The position numbers and the translations under genes were made by a program. From Planctomycetota bacterium (GTDB lineage: Bacteria; Planctomycetota; B15-G4), in contig JAQWOM010000014.1 in assembly GCA_029245865.1 (NCBI GenBank), positions 2,206-66,205 on the forward strand: DNA of 64,000 bases. Direction: 5' to 3'. The notes below the pieces were generated by a model. It ran no database searches. It saw only the letters and a program-made list of their open reading frames with translations, and was not told the DNA's origin. Positions 28,169-37,321 of this stretch are shown piece after piece (the stretch's first letter is position 1; each line of letters opens with the position of its first letter).

Positions 28169-30178
28169 GTGAACCCCAAGAAGAGGCCTTCTGCTCGACG
28201 CTCTTCGAATCCAAACGTGATTCTGGAAGACCTCGACCAGCTTGAAGACCGGCGCCACGGCCGCAAGGCCGACAAAGTGCCGGAGGGCGACCGTGGCACG
28301 ATTCGTGATCCGAAGATCACACGCCAACTCACGTCCTACGTGAAGCCGCACCTGCCTGCGATGAGCGTGGCCTTGCTGATGTCGCTCTTCTCGGCGTTCG
28401 CAAAGGTCAGCTACCTCTACCTGATGATGGGCATCCTCAAGCCCTTGTTCGAAGGTCGCGCGGCGGCGCTGGCCGAGACCTACCAGCGGGTTGCCCTCGA
28501 CCTTCTCCCAGCCATACGGCCCGAGCCCACACAGCTGCAAATGCTCGAGTCAATTCGCTCGATGGTCGCCGGCCTCTTTCATCTTGGCTGGAACACTCTG
28601 GAGCCGCTCTCGCAGCTCAAGACGGCGGCCTTCCTGGTTGTCGTCTTGGTCATTCTTGAACAAGGCAACAAATACGGGCAACGGCTGCTGATGCGCGCCG
28701 TGGCATTGAATGTCGTACGCGACATGCGCATCGATCTGTTCAGCAAGGTGATGAACTTATCGATGCGGTTTTTTCATGCGAACAACTCCAGCAAGCTGCT
28801 TTCGCGCATCACGAGCGACCTGAACAAGCTCGGCAATCTACTCGTGGACATCATGGTTCACTGGTTCACCGACTTGTTCACAGTCACCGCATCCATGCTC
28901 TTCATCTGGACCGAAGGCGGCCCCGCCGTTCTACTCGGCATGCTGTTAGCGGCTGTTTCATTTGCGCCCGTCCAACAACTCGGGCGGCGCATCCGAAGTC
29001 GTGAGCAGAAGAACAACCGCAAGATGGCGGAGCTGTTTCATTCCGTTTCCGAGTCCTTCGGTGCCCAGAAGATTGTGAAAGCCTTTGGCGCGCAAGGTCA
29101 CGAGAAGACTCGCTTCGTTGAAGTGAACAGGCAGTACACCGTGGGGCGCATGAAATCGGCTGAACTCTCGGCACGAACCGAGCCCATGGTCGAGATCTTG
29201 GGCGCCATTGGCATCGCAGCCTTCCTCTTTCTCGGTGGACGCAGCGTCCTCGACGGCAGTTGGAGCGGCCCTGCCTTTTTCACCGTGGTCCTTGCCCTCT
29301 CCCAAAGCGTCGCCTCTATCCGCCGACTCGGTGACACAAGCACCAAGTTCCAAAGAGGCATGTCCTCTGCGGACCGCGTGGCAACACTGCTCTACTGCTC
29401 GCCCGAGATTGTGGATGCGCCAGAGGCTCGCGTCTTAGATCGATTCGAGCAGTCCATCAACTTCAAAAACGTCACCTATTCGCACGATCCGGGACGGCCC
29501 GTGCTGCGCAACATCGACATCCACCTCCCGAAAGGGCAGACACTCGCTCTGGTCGGACACACGGGATCTGGAAAATCGACTGTCGGCGACTTGCTGATGC
29601 GCTTCTACGACGTCGACGAAGGCGCAGTTCAAATCGATGGCACCGATGTGCGCCAGCTCTCTGTAGCGTCCATGCGCAACCAAATGGCGATGGTCACTCA
29701 GGAGACCGTGCTTTTCGAAGGCACGATCGCATCCAACATTGCCTACGCCATGCCCGATGCGACACCTGAAGATATCGAGCGCGTTGCCATCGCCGCTCAC
29801 GCGCATGACTTCATTGTCACGCAATCGGATGGCTACAACACGCGAGTCGGTGAAAGAGGGGCAACCTTGTCCGGCGGCGAGCGCCAGCGCATTGCAATCG
29901 CACGTGCGCTACTCCGTGACAAACCCATCCTGATTCTTGACGAGGCGACATCTGCACTGGACACCAAGTCCGAGCAAATCGTTCAAGAAGCCATCGAGTT
30001 GCTCAAGAAAGGCCGCACAACTCTGATTATCGCGCACCGCCTTTCGACCATCCGAGAGGCAGATCAGATCCTTGTTCTTAATCAGGGCAAAATCGTTGAG
30101 CGCGGCACTCACCGGGAACTCATGGCCCTCGACAACGTTTACGCAGGCATGGTGCAGATTCAGAGCAGCGAACACTGA
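28169..30178 (+). CDS. ABC exporter, fused permease-ATPase (MsbA/lipid A export-like)
   Basis: A six-TM ABC_membrane domain, then Walker A 'GHTGSGKST', signature 'LSGGERQRIAIARAL' and Walker B 'ILILDEATSALD'. The listed ORF start 27842 overlaps recO. The in-frame candidates after recO are TTG 28064 and GTG 28169, so the start is uncertain. Confidence 0.85.
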   Translation: MNPKKRPSARRSSNPNVILEDLDQLEDRRHGRKADKVPEGDRGTIRDPKITRQLTSYVKPHLPAMSVALLMSLFSAFAKVSYLYLMMGILKPLFEGRAAALAETYQRVALDLLPAIRPEPTQLQMLESIRSMVAGLFHLGWNTLEPLSQLKTAAFLVVVLVILEQGNKYGQRLLMRAVALNVVRDMRIDLFSKVMNLSMRFFHANNSSKLLSRITSDLNKLGNLLVDIMVHWFTDLFTVTASMLFIWTEGGPAVLLGMLLAAVSFAPVQQLGRRIRSREQKNNRKMAELFHSVSESFGAQKIVKAFGAQGHEKTRFVEVNRQYTVGRMKSAELSARTEPMVEILGAIGIAAFLFLGGRSVLDGSWSGPAFFTVVLALSQSVASIRRLGDTSTKFQRGMSSADRVATLLYCSPEIVDAPEARVLDRFEQSINFKNVTYSHDPGRPVLRNIDIHLPKGQTLALVGHTGSGKSTVGDLLMRFYDVDEGAVQIDGTDVRQLSVASMRNQMAMVTQETVLFEGTIASNIAYAMPDATPEDIERVAIAAHAHDFIVTQSDGYNTRVGERGATLSGGERQRIAIARALLRDKPILILDEATSALDTKSEQIVQEAIELLKKGRTTLIIAHRLSTIREADQILVLNQGKIVERGTHRELMALDNVYAGMVQIQSSEH

Positions 30179-30186
30179 GAAAAGCT

Positions 30187-30501
30187 CAGTGCAGAGACCC
30201 CAGTTCCTGCAGCCGCTTCCGCACCTCATCGTCGATTTGAACGTCCGACGGTTTGATCTCTGAGGCCAACTCGGCGTTGTGTTTTTCTGCCCGGCTGAGC
30301 CACTTCTGGAGACGCTCCACGATCTCGGGACGGGTCTCACTCAGATCGCGACGCGAGGTCTCCGAAAGCCAGCGAGATCAGCACCAGATTGGGCGGCCGT
30401 TTGGGGTCTTCGGAGCGACACCCGAACGAGCCGAAGCTCACCAGGGCGAGCAAGAGCAAAGCCGCCTGCACGTGCGGAGCTCCAAACACACCGCGATTCA
30501 T
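30187..30501 (-). pseudogene. remnant of a sulfatase/alkaline-phosphatase-family gene (N- and C-termini only, frameshifted)
   Basis: My translation of 30501..30337 gives MNRGVFGAPHVQAALLLLALVSFGSFGCRSEDPKRPPNLVLISLAFGDLASRSE*. This is a lipoprotein signal followed by a 'PNxVLIS' sulfatase N-terminal strand. In the adjacent frame down to 30187 it reads ...RDLSETRPEIVERLQKWLSRAEKHNAELASEIKPSDVQIDDEVRKRLQELGSLH*, which looks like a sulfatase C-terminus. The ~400-aa catalytic core is absent. Confidence 0.45.
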
Positions 30502-30516
30502 TCGAGCGAGCACTCG

Positions 30517-31275
30517 CTACGGCTTCGTCGCCTTGAAGATCTGAACGTCTCCCTTGACGTTGCGCAGCAAGCTGCGCAACCCGGGGAGGTTGAGCACGAC
30601 GTCGCGCGCGGGCACTGCAATGTAGGGGTAAGTATCGAATGCCGTGATCTGAAACCCGACGCTCGACAGCAAACGACCTAGCTCGCGGACCGTGTAGATT
30701 TTGATGTGCAGCGTAGGTGCCGTGTAGGTCTGCTTAATTTTTGCGAGCGCCTTTCGCTGCACGGAACCTCGTTCAAGCCATTCGTTCAGACGCTTGAACC
30801 CCTTGCGCTGCATGAGGAATGCATCGTTGTCGGTATCAACGATGAGTTGTCCGCCAGGTCGCAGGACGCGAAAGATCTCCTGAATCATTCGCCGTCCGGG
30901 AACTTCTGCGAGATGCTCGATGATGTCGTTGAGAAGAACTCTGTCAAAGCATCCGTCGGGAAAGGGGACGCATGTCGCATCGCCTCGAATCAACGGCATG
31001 CCAATCTGCTCCTTGCGCGCGATGCGCAGCGCAGCTTCTGAAAAATCGAGGCCGACCACTCGAGCGCCGCGCTTGGCTGCCAGGCCCCCGAAGAAACCCA
31101 CACCACAGCCTAGATCGAGAACATCCAGGCCGGTGACATCGCCCATGAATCGCTCAACATTGGCGATGCGCTGGCTGTAAACGGGGCTGTTGTAACGGGC
31201 CAAGTGCCCTTCAAAGTAATGAGAGTCGTAATGACTCTCATCGAAGAGGTCCTTGTCTTGCTCTAGTATGGTCAT
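30517..31275 (-). CDS. class I SAM-dependent methyltransferase
   Basis: Motif I 'VLDLGCGVGFFGG', plus 'VVGLDFS' and 'RVLRPGGQLIV'. Length is 252 aa. Confidence 0.85.
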   Translation of the reverse strand: MTILEQDKDLFDESHYDSHYFEGHLARYNSPVYSQRIANVERFMGDVTGLDVLDLGCGVGFFGGLAAKRGARVVGLDFSEAALRIARKEQIGMPLIRGDATCVPFPDGCFDRVLLNDIIEHLAEVPGRRMIQEIFRVLRPGGQLIVDTDNDAFLMQRKGFKRLNEWLERGSVQRKALAKIKQTYTAPTLHIKIYTVRELGRLLSSVGFQITAFDTYPYIAVPARDVVLNLPGLRSLLRNVKGDVQIFKATKP

Positions 31276-31337
31276 GGGGCTGTGAAGAGGAGTGAAGCGA
31301 CAGGGAAGATTACCCCAGCGAGCGGCACGTGCGCGAG

Positions 31338-32735
31338 TTAACCGGAGAGCCGGCCGAGCAGGCGCCGAACGGCTTCGATGTCCGGGGCCTCGCCAGGCGG
31401 CTCGACAGGACAGAGCCCGGCCGCAGAGGCCAAGGCATGGGCCACCAGAGCTGCCTGCCGCCGTTCCTTTCGACTTGCATGCGGCGAAATCCAGCTCTCC
31501 AGCAATGAGAGGTCGCGCTGAACAGCGGAGGCCACGCTGCGATCGCCGAGCCTCAGCAGCATGGCAGCCGCCAGCAACCGGGTCGCACCGTCCTCACTGA
31601 AGAGTTCGGCTCGGTAGCGCGCCTCGAGACCATCGAGGACGTCCATGTCGTCGAAGGTGAGGTTGCGTGGAGACTCCAGCCTCCAGGTGGGATCGCCATA
31701 CAGCAGATGATCCGCCCAGAACAATCGATCTTCTCCATACTTGCCTGCAATGGCATGCCGCGCACGCTCCATGGCGACGCCTACCGTCTCACTGGCACCC
31801 AAACTTCTGTAGAAGCTTCGGGCAAAGTGTCGCGCCACTTCGTCGCGCACCTCCCAAAGAGTTCCCACCACGTGTCTCACACCTGCTAGCAACAGTGAGG
31901 ACGCCACGCCTGCGGGGCCCAACGCATGACTACCCGCGGGCCCGGCTCCCATCTCGTCGGCTGAGCGACAGGCATTCAGAAAGACCAACCCCGGAAAATC
32001 TACACGTCCCGAAACCTGGTCGATCAACTTGGTAGAAAGCGCACCATCTGACAAGCGCAGTTGAGCCTCACCTGAACGGTCATCGAAATCTGCGTGACCT
32101 GCGTAATGCAAGATGTCGTGCTTGGGCAACTCATCGCGAAGCGTACGCAAGGCAACCCGCCCCGTGAGAGTGGTCACAGAACCGATAACCGGCGAATCCT
32201 CCAGAAGGCTCTCGACTTCATGCGCCTCATGTTGCGCAGCCGGCAGATCCCCCGACGGATCTGCCACGATGAGCACGGAGAGGGGCGGCGCCATACGCCG
32301 TTGCATGGGCGGCGCACTCTCCTCATCGACTGTCACCAGGCGCCCCAGGCGGAACCGTCTCCCCAGGAAGTCATCTCCATCGTGGAGCAATTCCCATGGA
32401 ATACCCACCAGAGGCTTGTCCAGATGCAGCACAAGGTTGGGAGCGCGTGCCTCTTGCAGCTTCTCCTTGAGGAAACTGGGCAGCAGATCGACATAGATCG
32501 CACGACCTGCCTCGACCAGTTCCTTCATGAGCCCGTCTTGCCCCGCGTTGGCACGCGTCAGAATGGCCAAGATCTCCCTCGCACGCTCTGCAACAAGCTC
32601 CGAATGGAACGAGCAAGTTCGTGATGTTTTGAGCGTGCTTTCAAGCGCGGTCCCTTCTTTGAAGGGAGTGACACGGATGCTGTCCTCGGACTGCCACAGC
32701 ACTTGCAACGTGAACTTCGGCTCGGCGGAGGCCAT
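31338..32735 (-). CDS. CHAT-domain (caspase-like clan CD) protease
   Basis: The catalytic dyad context 'ILHYAGHADFD' (His) and 'GLVFLNACRSA' (Cys) has the spacing typical of CHAT domains. A ~130-aa N-terminal domain and a ~110-aa helical C-terminal domain belong to no family I recognise. Confidence 0.8.
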   Translation of the reverse strand: MASAEPKFTLQVLWQSEDSIRVTPFKEGTALESTLKTSRTCSFHSELVAERAREILAILTRANAGQDGLMKELVEAGRAIYVDLLPSFLKEKLQEARAPNLVLHLDKPLVGIPWELLHDGDDFLGRRFRLGRLVTVDEESAPPMQRRMAPPLSVLIVADPSGDLPAAQHEAHEVESLLEDSPVIGSVTTLTGRVALRTLRDELPKHDILHYAGHADFDDRSGEAQLRLSDGALSTKLIDQVSGRVDFPGLVFLNACRSADEMGAGPAGSHALGPAGVASSLLLAGVRHVVGTLWEVRDEVARHFARSFYRSLGASETVGVAMERARHAIAGKYGEDRLFWADHLLYGDPTWRLESPRNLTFDDMDVLDGLEARYRAELFSEDGATRLLAAAMLLRLGDRSVASAVQRDLSLLESWISPHASRKERRQAALVAHALASAAGLCPVEPPGEAPDIEAVRRLLGRLSG

Positions 32736-32769
32736 CAGCTGGCGACGATCGACCGCCGCGGATCTTGAC

Positions 32770-34257
32770 TCAAGGAATCACGGCGAAGAGCGGCAGTCCA
32801 GAGGTTGTCACGCCCTCGAGTTGTTCGATCGTGCCCGTCTCAACAGACAGCCGATGAACCGCTCCGTTGCTCGCGCCCAAGAGCAACACGGCGTCCGGGC
32901 CCGCGGCGATGAGTCGCGACGCCTGGGGAACAACCGGCAACCAGGCACTCAAACCGTATCCCGCATCCCAGGATTCAAGGCGGTAGCTGTCTTCGGAACG
33001 TACCAGGACCAAAGCTCCACCTGGGACCGGCGCGACGTCCAAGATTCGTCCGGGGCGAGTCAGACTGTCGGAGACAGTCGGAATGCCCTCCTCGACGAGG
33101 ACTAAAGAGTTCGCAACCTCCGCGGCATCGACTGCGGGGACAACCAACAGCCGCCCATCGCCGAGCGCCACGAGCCGTTGAGGGTCGATGGTCAGTTCAA
33201 AGGGGCTCAGCCAACCCGTATCAAGATGCAGGACCGACAGCGAGCCAGCTCGCCCGTCCGCACGCCGCGACGCGATATACAGTCGCCGCCCTTCAAGCAT
33301 CAGGTCGGCAATCACCTGATCACCGGGCAAGCCCGCCGTGAACATGCTGCGCGCCGTCCCCGTGAGCACATCGATCTCACGAACCAACAGTTCGTCCTCG
33401 GCCACGAAGGCCGTCGTGCCATCTTCTGCAATGGCCCAGCGCCGACCACTCATCTCCCGCGCCATGGGATCCAGCACGAGATCTTCGCGCCCGTCAAGGA
33501 AGCTCAAGCGGCCGGGAGGCGTGAAAGGTGCGCCCTGAGGCCTCGTCACCGTGAAGGCGGGCCCCGTCAAGCCGGTGTGCGCCAAATCATCACTGGCTGG
33601 ATCAATGTAAGTCACCAAGGAGGGCTGGCCATCCCAGTGACGCGTCGGCCATGTCTCCAGGCGCCCACCCGAACGCAGCAAGTACCTGAAGAAACCGTCG
33701 GTCGAATAGGCGGCGGCCAACAAACCGCCCGCACCCGGAATGGGTGGATGCATCACAGAGCCATCACGCAGATCGATCCGCACAACATGGTCGCGAGCCG
33801 GCAGCAACAGAGTGGGAGGCTGAACCATGAGCCGCGTCGGCGGAGAACGCCGGCCTTCGGCATCCTGGAAAACCAAGTCAAAGGACCGCTCGACATCTTC
33901 AGGGTCATCAAGCGCGATGGCCAGCGTCACCCTGCCGTAGCTATCTGCCACAGTTCCACGGTGCAACATCTCCACGGTTTCATCCGGGAAGTGGAAGAAA
34001 GTGCCCGGGTCATCAAGTGCTTTCAGAACGGAGGGCGGTGCTGTCGCAGGCGAACTCAGCAACACCTCGACCGGCGACTCGGGCCAGAAGCCTTCCACGA
34101 CGAGACGCAACACACCACCGGCCTCCGGAAAGGAGTGGTGAACCGTCAGCATGGGGCCAAGCGCAGGCTCTGCTCGTGCCACTCCCCGCTGAGCCGTCAT
34201 GTCTCCGGCGAGTCCGCACACCAAGCCCAACACCAGTCCAAGGACGGGTGCCTTCAT
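32770..34257 (-). CDS. secreted hypothetical protein, probable Ig-like domain + beta-propeller
   Basis: ATG 34257 gives MKAPVLGLVLGLVCGLAGDMTAQ, a signal peptide. The rest is beta-rich with repeated 'G..L.V....DG.L.V' blade-like units. No family assignment is possible by eye. Confidence 0.45.
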   Translation of the reverse strand: MKAPVLGLVLGLVCGLAGDMTAQRGVARAEPALGPMLTVHHSFPEAGGVLRLVVEGFWPESPVEVLLSSPATAPPSVLKALDDPGTFFHFPDETVEMLHRGTVADSYGRVTLAIALDDPEDVERSFDLVFQDAEGRRSPPTRLMVQPPTLLLPARDHVVRIDLRDGSVMHPPIPGAGGLLAAAYSTDGFFRYLLRSGGRLETWPTRHWDGQPSLVTYIDPASDDLAHTGLTGPAFTVTRPQGAPFTPPGRLSFLDGREDLVLDPMAREMSGRRWAIAEDGTTAFVAEDELLVREIDVLTGTARSMFTAGLPGDQVIADLMLEGRRLYIASRRADGRAGSLSVLHLDTGWLSPFELTIDPQRLVALGDGRLLVVPAVDAAEVANSLVLVEEGIPTVSDSLTRPGRILDVAPVPGGALVLVRSEDSYRLESWDAGYGLSAWLPVVPQASRLIAAGPDAVLLLGASNGAVHRLSVETGTIEQLEGVTTSGLPLFAVIP

Positions 34258-34384
34258 CGAGCTCGGTCTCGGGGAATCAGCATGGGGCCGGTTCAACATG
34301 CCTGAAGGATAACCTCCTCGGGAGTCTGCTGTGAGATCGGGGACGAGGTCATCAAGATGTCACCTAACCTGCCCTCAAACGGCC

Positions 34385-36049
34385 TCATCGGCTCTCAGAG
34401 CCCTCTGACTTGGAGAATCTCGTGGGACGCTCCGAATCCCGGGAAACCGCCTGAGCCAGCAGGGCCACCAGATTGGAGACCCTCAGGACCTTTTGCGCAT
34501 CAATCTTCTCTACGGTGTCCGTGGGCTTGTGATAGTCCTCGTGCTCCCCGGCAAAGAAGAAAACCACGGGAATCCCGGCCTTCGAGAAATTCACGTGGTC
34601 TGAGCGGTAGTAGTACTCGTCCACGCGGCGCTTGAACTCACCTTCTCCCGCAGTCCACTCGACCTCGAGCCCGGCCGCCGGCCCCAACAGCAGGGACTTC
34701 GAGACAAGCGTGTTGTGCTCCGAATGTTCGGGGGATGGCGTCACGCCAATCGAGTCCGGCTGATTGCGCCCAATCATGTCGATGTTGATGTTCGCCACGA
34801 CCTTGTCGATATCGACCGTGGGATTCGCGACCCACCACTCCGAGCCCAACAGCCCCTTCTCTTCTCCGCTGACTGCGAGAATCACAACGCTGCGTCCGAG
34901 ACTCGAACGGTTTTTGGCCAGCGCCTGCGCCACCATCAGCAAGCCCGTCGTTCCCGTCGCATTGTCGTCGGCCCCGTTAAAGATCGAACCGTCATCACCG
35001 ACACCGACGTGATCCATGTGCGCAGAGATCACGATCATTTCATCGGCAAGCTCTGCATCTGAACCTCGGAGCAACGCCACGGTGTTCTCACTGGTCAACT
35101 CCTGTGTGTAGACAGGTACGTCGAGAGCGAGGCGAATACCTTCGAGAAGAAAACTGCTGGCGCCCGGGTCAGGGCTCCACTGACCGGCCGCTTCGGTCAA
35201 ATCGCGACCCGCGGCTTTGAAAATCTTTTCCGCGGCAGCGTGCTGCACGTAAACCCTCGGAAACGGCTGCGTCTCGTCCTCCCCACTGGGCAAGCCCATC
35301 GACTCGCCGCCCATCCGAGCCTTCGAGTAACGAAACGAGGTGTTCGCCCGAACATCATCGGGCAAAACGATCGTGATCAACCCCGCGGCACCACGTGCGT
35401 TCGCTTGCCGCCTCTTCGCTCGCCCTCTGGAGGCAGAGGAAAGTCCCGGAATGTTCTCGTCGCCCTGGGGGGTCCCGCTCAAGACCATCACGAACTTGCC
35501 CTCCACGTCGAGTCCGGCGTAGTCATCGACTCCGCTGGCCTCGTGAACGAGCCCATGGCCAGCAAACACAACCGGTGCATCCACTTCGCAACCCGCGCCT
35601 CCAAAGCCGCTGACCGCGTAGTCGTCCTCCGGCACGAAAGACTCACGCCGTTCTTCATCTGCCAGGACATCAAAACGAAGGCCGCTCATGTCGAGACCGG
35701 AAACCACGAGCGGATACGTCTGCTGAAAGCTTCCGTCATCACCAGCTGGCTCAAGCCCAAGTGCGTACAGCTGCGAGGCCATGTACTGCGCGGTGATAGC
35801 ACCTTGCACAGTGGCAGTGTCCCGCCCTCCCATGGCATCCGACGCAAGGAACGCCAGGTGTCCCTCAACCTGCCTCAGTGCTGCCTGCTCATCGGTGGCG
35901 ACCTGCGAATCACCCGAGGACTCGGACAAAGAGTCTCGATCATCTAACTGCGCCGAGAGCTGCAAAGGCGTGACAAGACAAGAGATGAAGAAGGCCAGAG
36001 TGATGGCGCGCACGGTTTGCTCCAAGTTGGACATATCAGTCGTCGGCAA
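34385..36049 (-). CDS. M28-family metallopeptidase with PA domain
   Basis: 'VISAHMDHVGVGDDGSIFNGADDNATGTTGLLMVAQAL', 'ILAVSGEEKGLLGSEWW' and 'YHKPTDT' are the M28 zinc-ligand motifs. A signal peptide is present. Confidence 0.85.
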   Translation of the reverse strand: MPTTDMSNLEQTVRAITLAFFISCLVTPLQLSAQLDDRDSLSESSGDSQVATDEQAALRQVEGHLAFLASDAMGGRDTATVQGAITAQYMASQLYALGLEPAGDDGSFQQTYPLVVSGLDMSGLRFDVLADEERRESFVPEDDYAVSGFGGAGCEVDAPVVFAGHGLVHEASGVDDYAGLDVEGKFVMVLSGTPQGDENIPGLSSASRGRAKRRQANARGAAGLITIVLPDDVRANTSFRYSKARMGGESMGLPSGEDETQPFPRVYVQHAAAEKIFKAAGRDLTEAAGQWSPDPGASSFLLEGIRLALDVPVYTQELTSENTVALLRGSDAELADEMIVISAHMDHVGVGDDGSIFNGADDNATGTTGLLMVAQALAKNRSSLGRSVVILAVSGEEKGLLGSEWWVANPTVDIDKVVANINIDMIGRNQPDSIGVTPSPEHSEHNTLVSKSLLLGPAAGLEVEWTAGEGEFKRRVDEYYYRSDHVNFSKAGIPVVFFFAGEHEDYHKPTDTVEKIDAQKVLRVSNLVALLAQAVSRDSERPTRFSKSEGSESR

Positions 36050-37235
36050 GTTTGACCTCTTTCACTCGCCCCCCAGCAATGTAGACGAGTGCATGGCCAT
36101 CGCCCACGAAGACGGGGCCCTGCCCTGGACGCCCCCCTCGACGACTGGCCAGGTGCATTGCACCGCGCTGAGGCGCCGCAAGGTTCATGAGGTAGATGTC
36201 TTCAAAGGGCGCATCGGAACTGCTGTCATCAAAGTCCGCCTGGACATAAGACAGCAGGCTTCCATCCACGGAAAAGGCTGGCGCGTAGTGGTGCACAGCC
36301 CCCCCGCCAAGACTCCACCGTCCTCCTCCCGAAAGGTGTGTCTGAAAAATCTGGAGGTAGCCGTGCAAATCACGCTGAGGGGCGGCCATGACGACGCTGG
36401 ATTCCTTCCCGGGCTCCAACTCTCGGAACGCCACGCTGAATGGAATCCTGTCGTGGTGCCCAAGGTTTCCCTCGGCCATGAATCGCAGCGTCTCTTCCTC
36501 CAGTTCGAGCCTCCAAAGGCCCTTCACCTTCCCATCGACGATGAGTGCGTCTCCCGTGGGAGAGAAAGCAGCTTGCAACCCACGGCATTCCTCGGCGACG
36601 CGACGCGTCACCGTCCCCGAGCCATACACCCACGCCTCCCAACCGTCGCTTCCTGGAAAGGCCACGGCACGCCGTCCGGGCGCCAGCAACAGTTGGTCAC
36701 GCTTGAGACCTGGAGCCGGCTGCGCTTCGTCATCACCCACGGCAAGCAGTTGCCAGGTTTCCTTCTCGACGTCGCGCACAAACAAACGCGGGCCCTCGGG
36801 AGATAACCACATGAGAACGGGTTGGTCAGCCGCATCCACCCCGGCCAACTTCATGTCTTCGGCGTCGATAGACCACAGCCTGCCCGAGCCCTCCTCTTTC
36901 GATTTCTTCGGAAGCTCGACGCTCTTCAAGAAGGCGCCATCCCTCAGGCAGATAATTTTCTCTTCATGAAGTGCGTAGATATCGCCCTTGGAATCGAGAG
37001 CTGGCCACCCGCGCAATCCAGGGGGAAGTGCGAAGCCGTCGGCTCCGGAATCACCTTCCCGGGACACAACACGCCACTCACCTGCAGCGTTCCCGACAAG
37101 CACGAACTCAAGATTCGGTCGAGTCACCAGGTGCGTACCAGGCCCAAGGTCAGCGACCACGAACGGAGCGCGAGCGAGCCACCAGACAACGGCCACCAGA
37201 ATGCCGAGGGCGAGACACGTCAGAAACCGGCGCAT
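36036..37235 (-). CDS. membrane-anchored TolB-like (PD40/WD40-like) beta-propeller protein
   Basis: ATG 37235 gives MRRFLTCLALGILVAVVWWLA, a signal anchor. PD40-like repeats include 'AAFSPTGDALIV' and 'PAFSVDGSLLSYV'. The stop overlaps the start of the downstream M28 gene by 14 nt. Confidence 0.5.
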   Translation of the reverse strand: MRRFLTCLALGILVAVVWWLARAPFVVADLGPGTHLVTRPNLEFVLVGNAAGEWRVVSREGDSGADGFALPPGLRGWPALDSKGDIYALHEEKIICLRDGAFLKSVELPKKSKEEGSGRLWSIDAEDMKLAGVDAADQPVLMWLSPEGPRLFVRDVEKETWQLLAVGDDEAQPAPGLKRDQLLLAPGRRAVAFPGSDGWEAWVYGSGTVTRRVAEECRGLQAAFSPTGDALIVDGKVKGLWRLELEEETLRFMAEGNLGHHDRIPFSVAFRELEPGKESSVVMAAPQRDLHGYLQIFQTHLSGGGRWSLGGGAVHHYAPAFSVDGSLLSYVQADFDDSSSDAPFEDIYLMNLAAPQRGAMHLASRRGGRPGQGPVFVGDGHALVYIAGGRVKEVKLADD

Positions 37236-37321
37236 GGCATTCTTTCCGGGTTGATTGTCGTGCACCTCCATCGACTCATGATCGCCAACCCCACAACCTA
37301 GCGTTTGCTAGCCTCTGGTGG

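Noticed and set aside
30253-30681. 142-aa + strand ORF spanning the ABC/methyltransferase gap.
   Set aside because: It overlaps the methyltransferase 3' end antisense and has no motifs. The minus strand of the same gap carries the sulfatase-like remnant, which explains the sequence better.
33178-34305. 375-aa + strand ORF. The ORF at 35781-36806 (341 aa) and the 43000-43650 part of the 361-aa ORF are similar cases.
   Set aside because: All lie antisense to, or extend upstream of, genes with clear signal peptides and family motifs on the other strand or frame. Their sequences are Arg/Pro/Gly-rich with no domain signatures.
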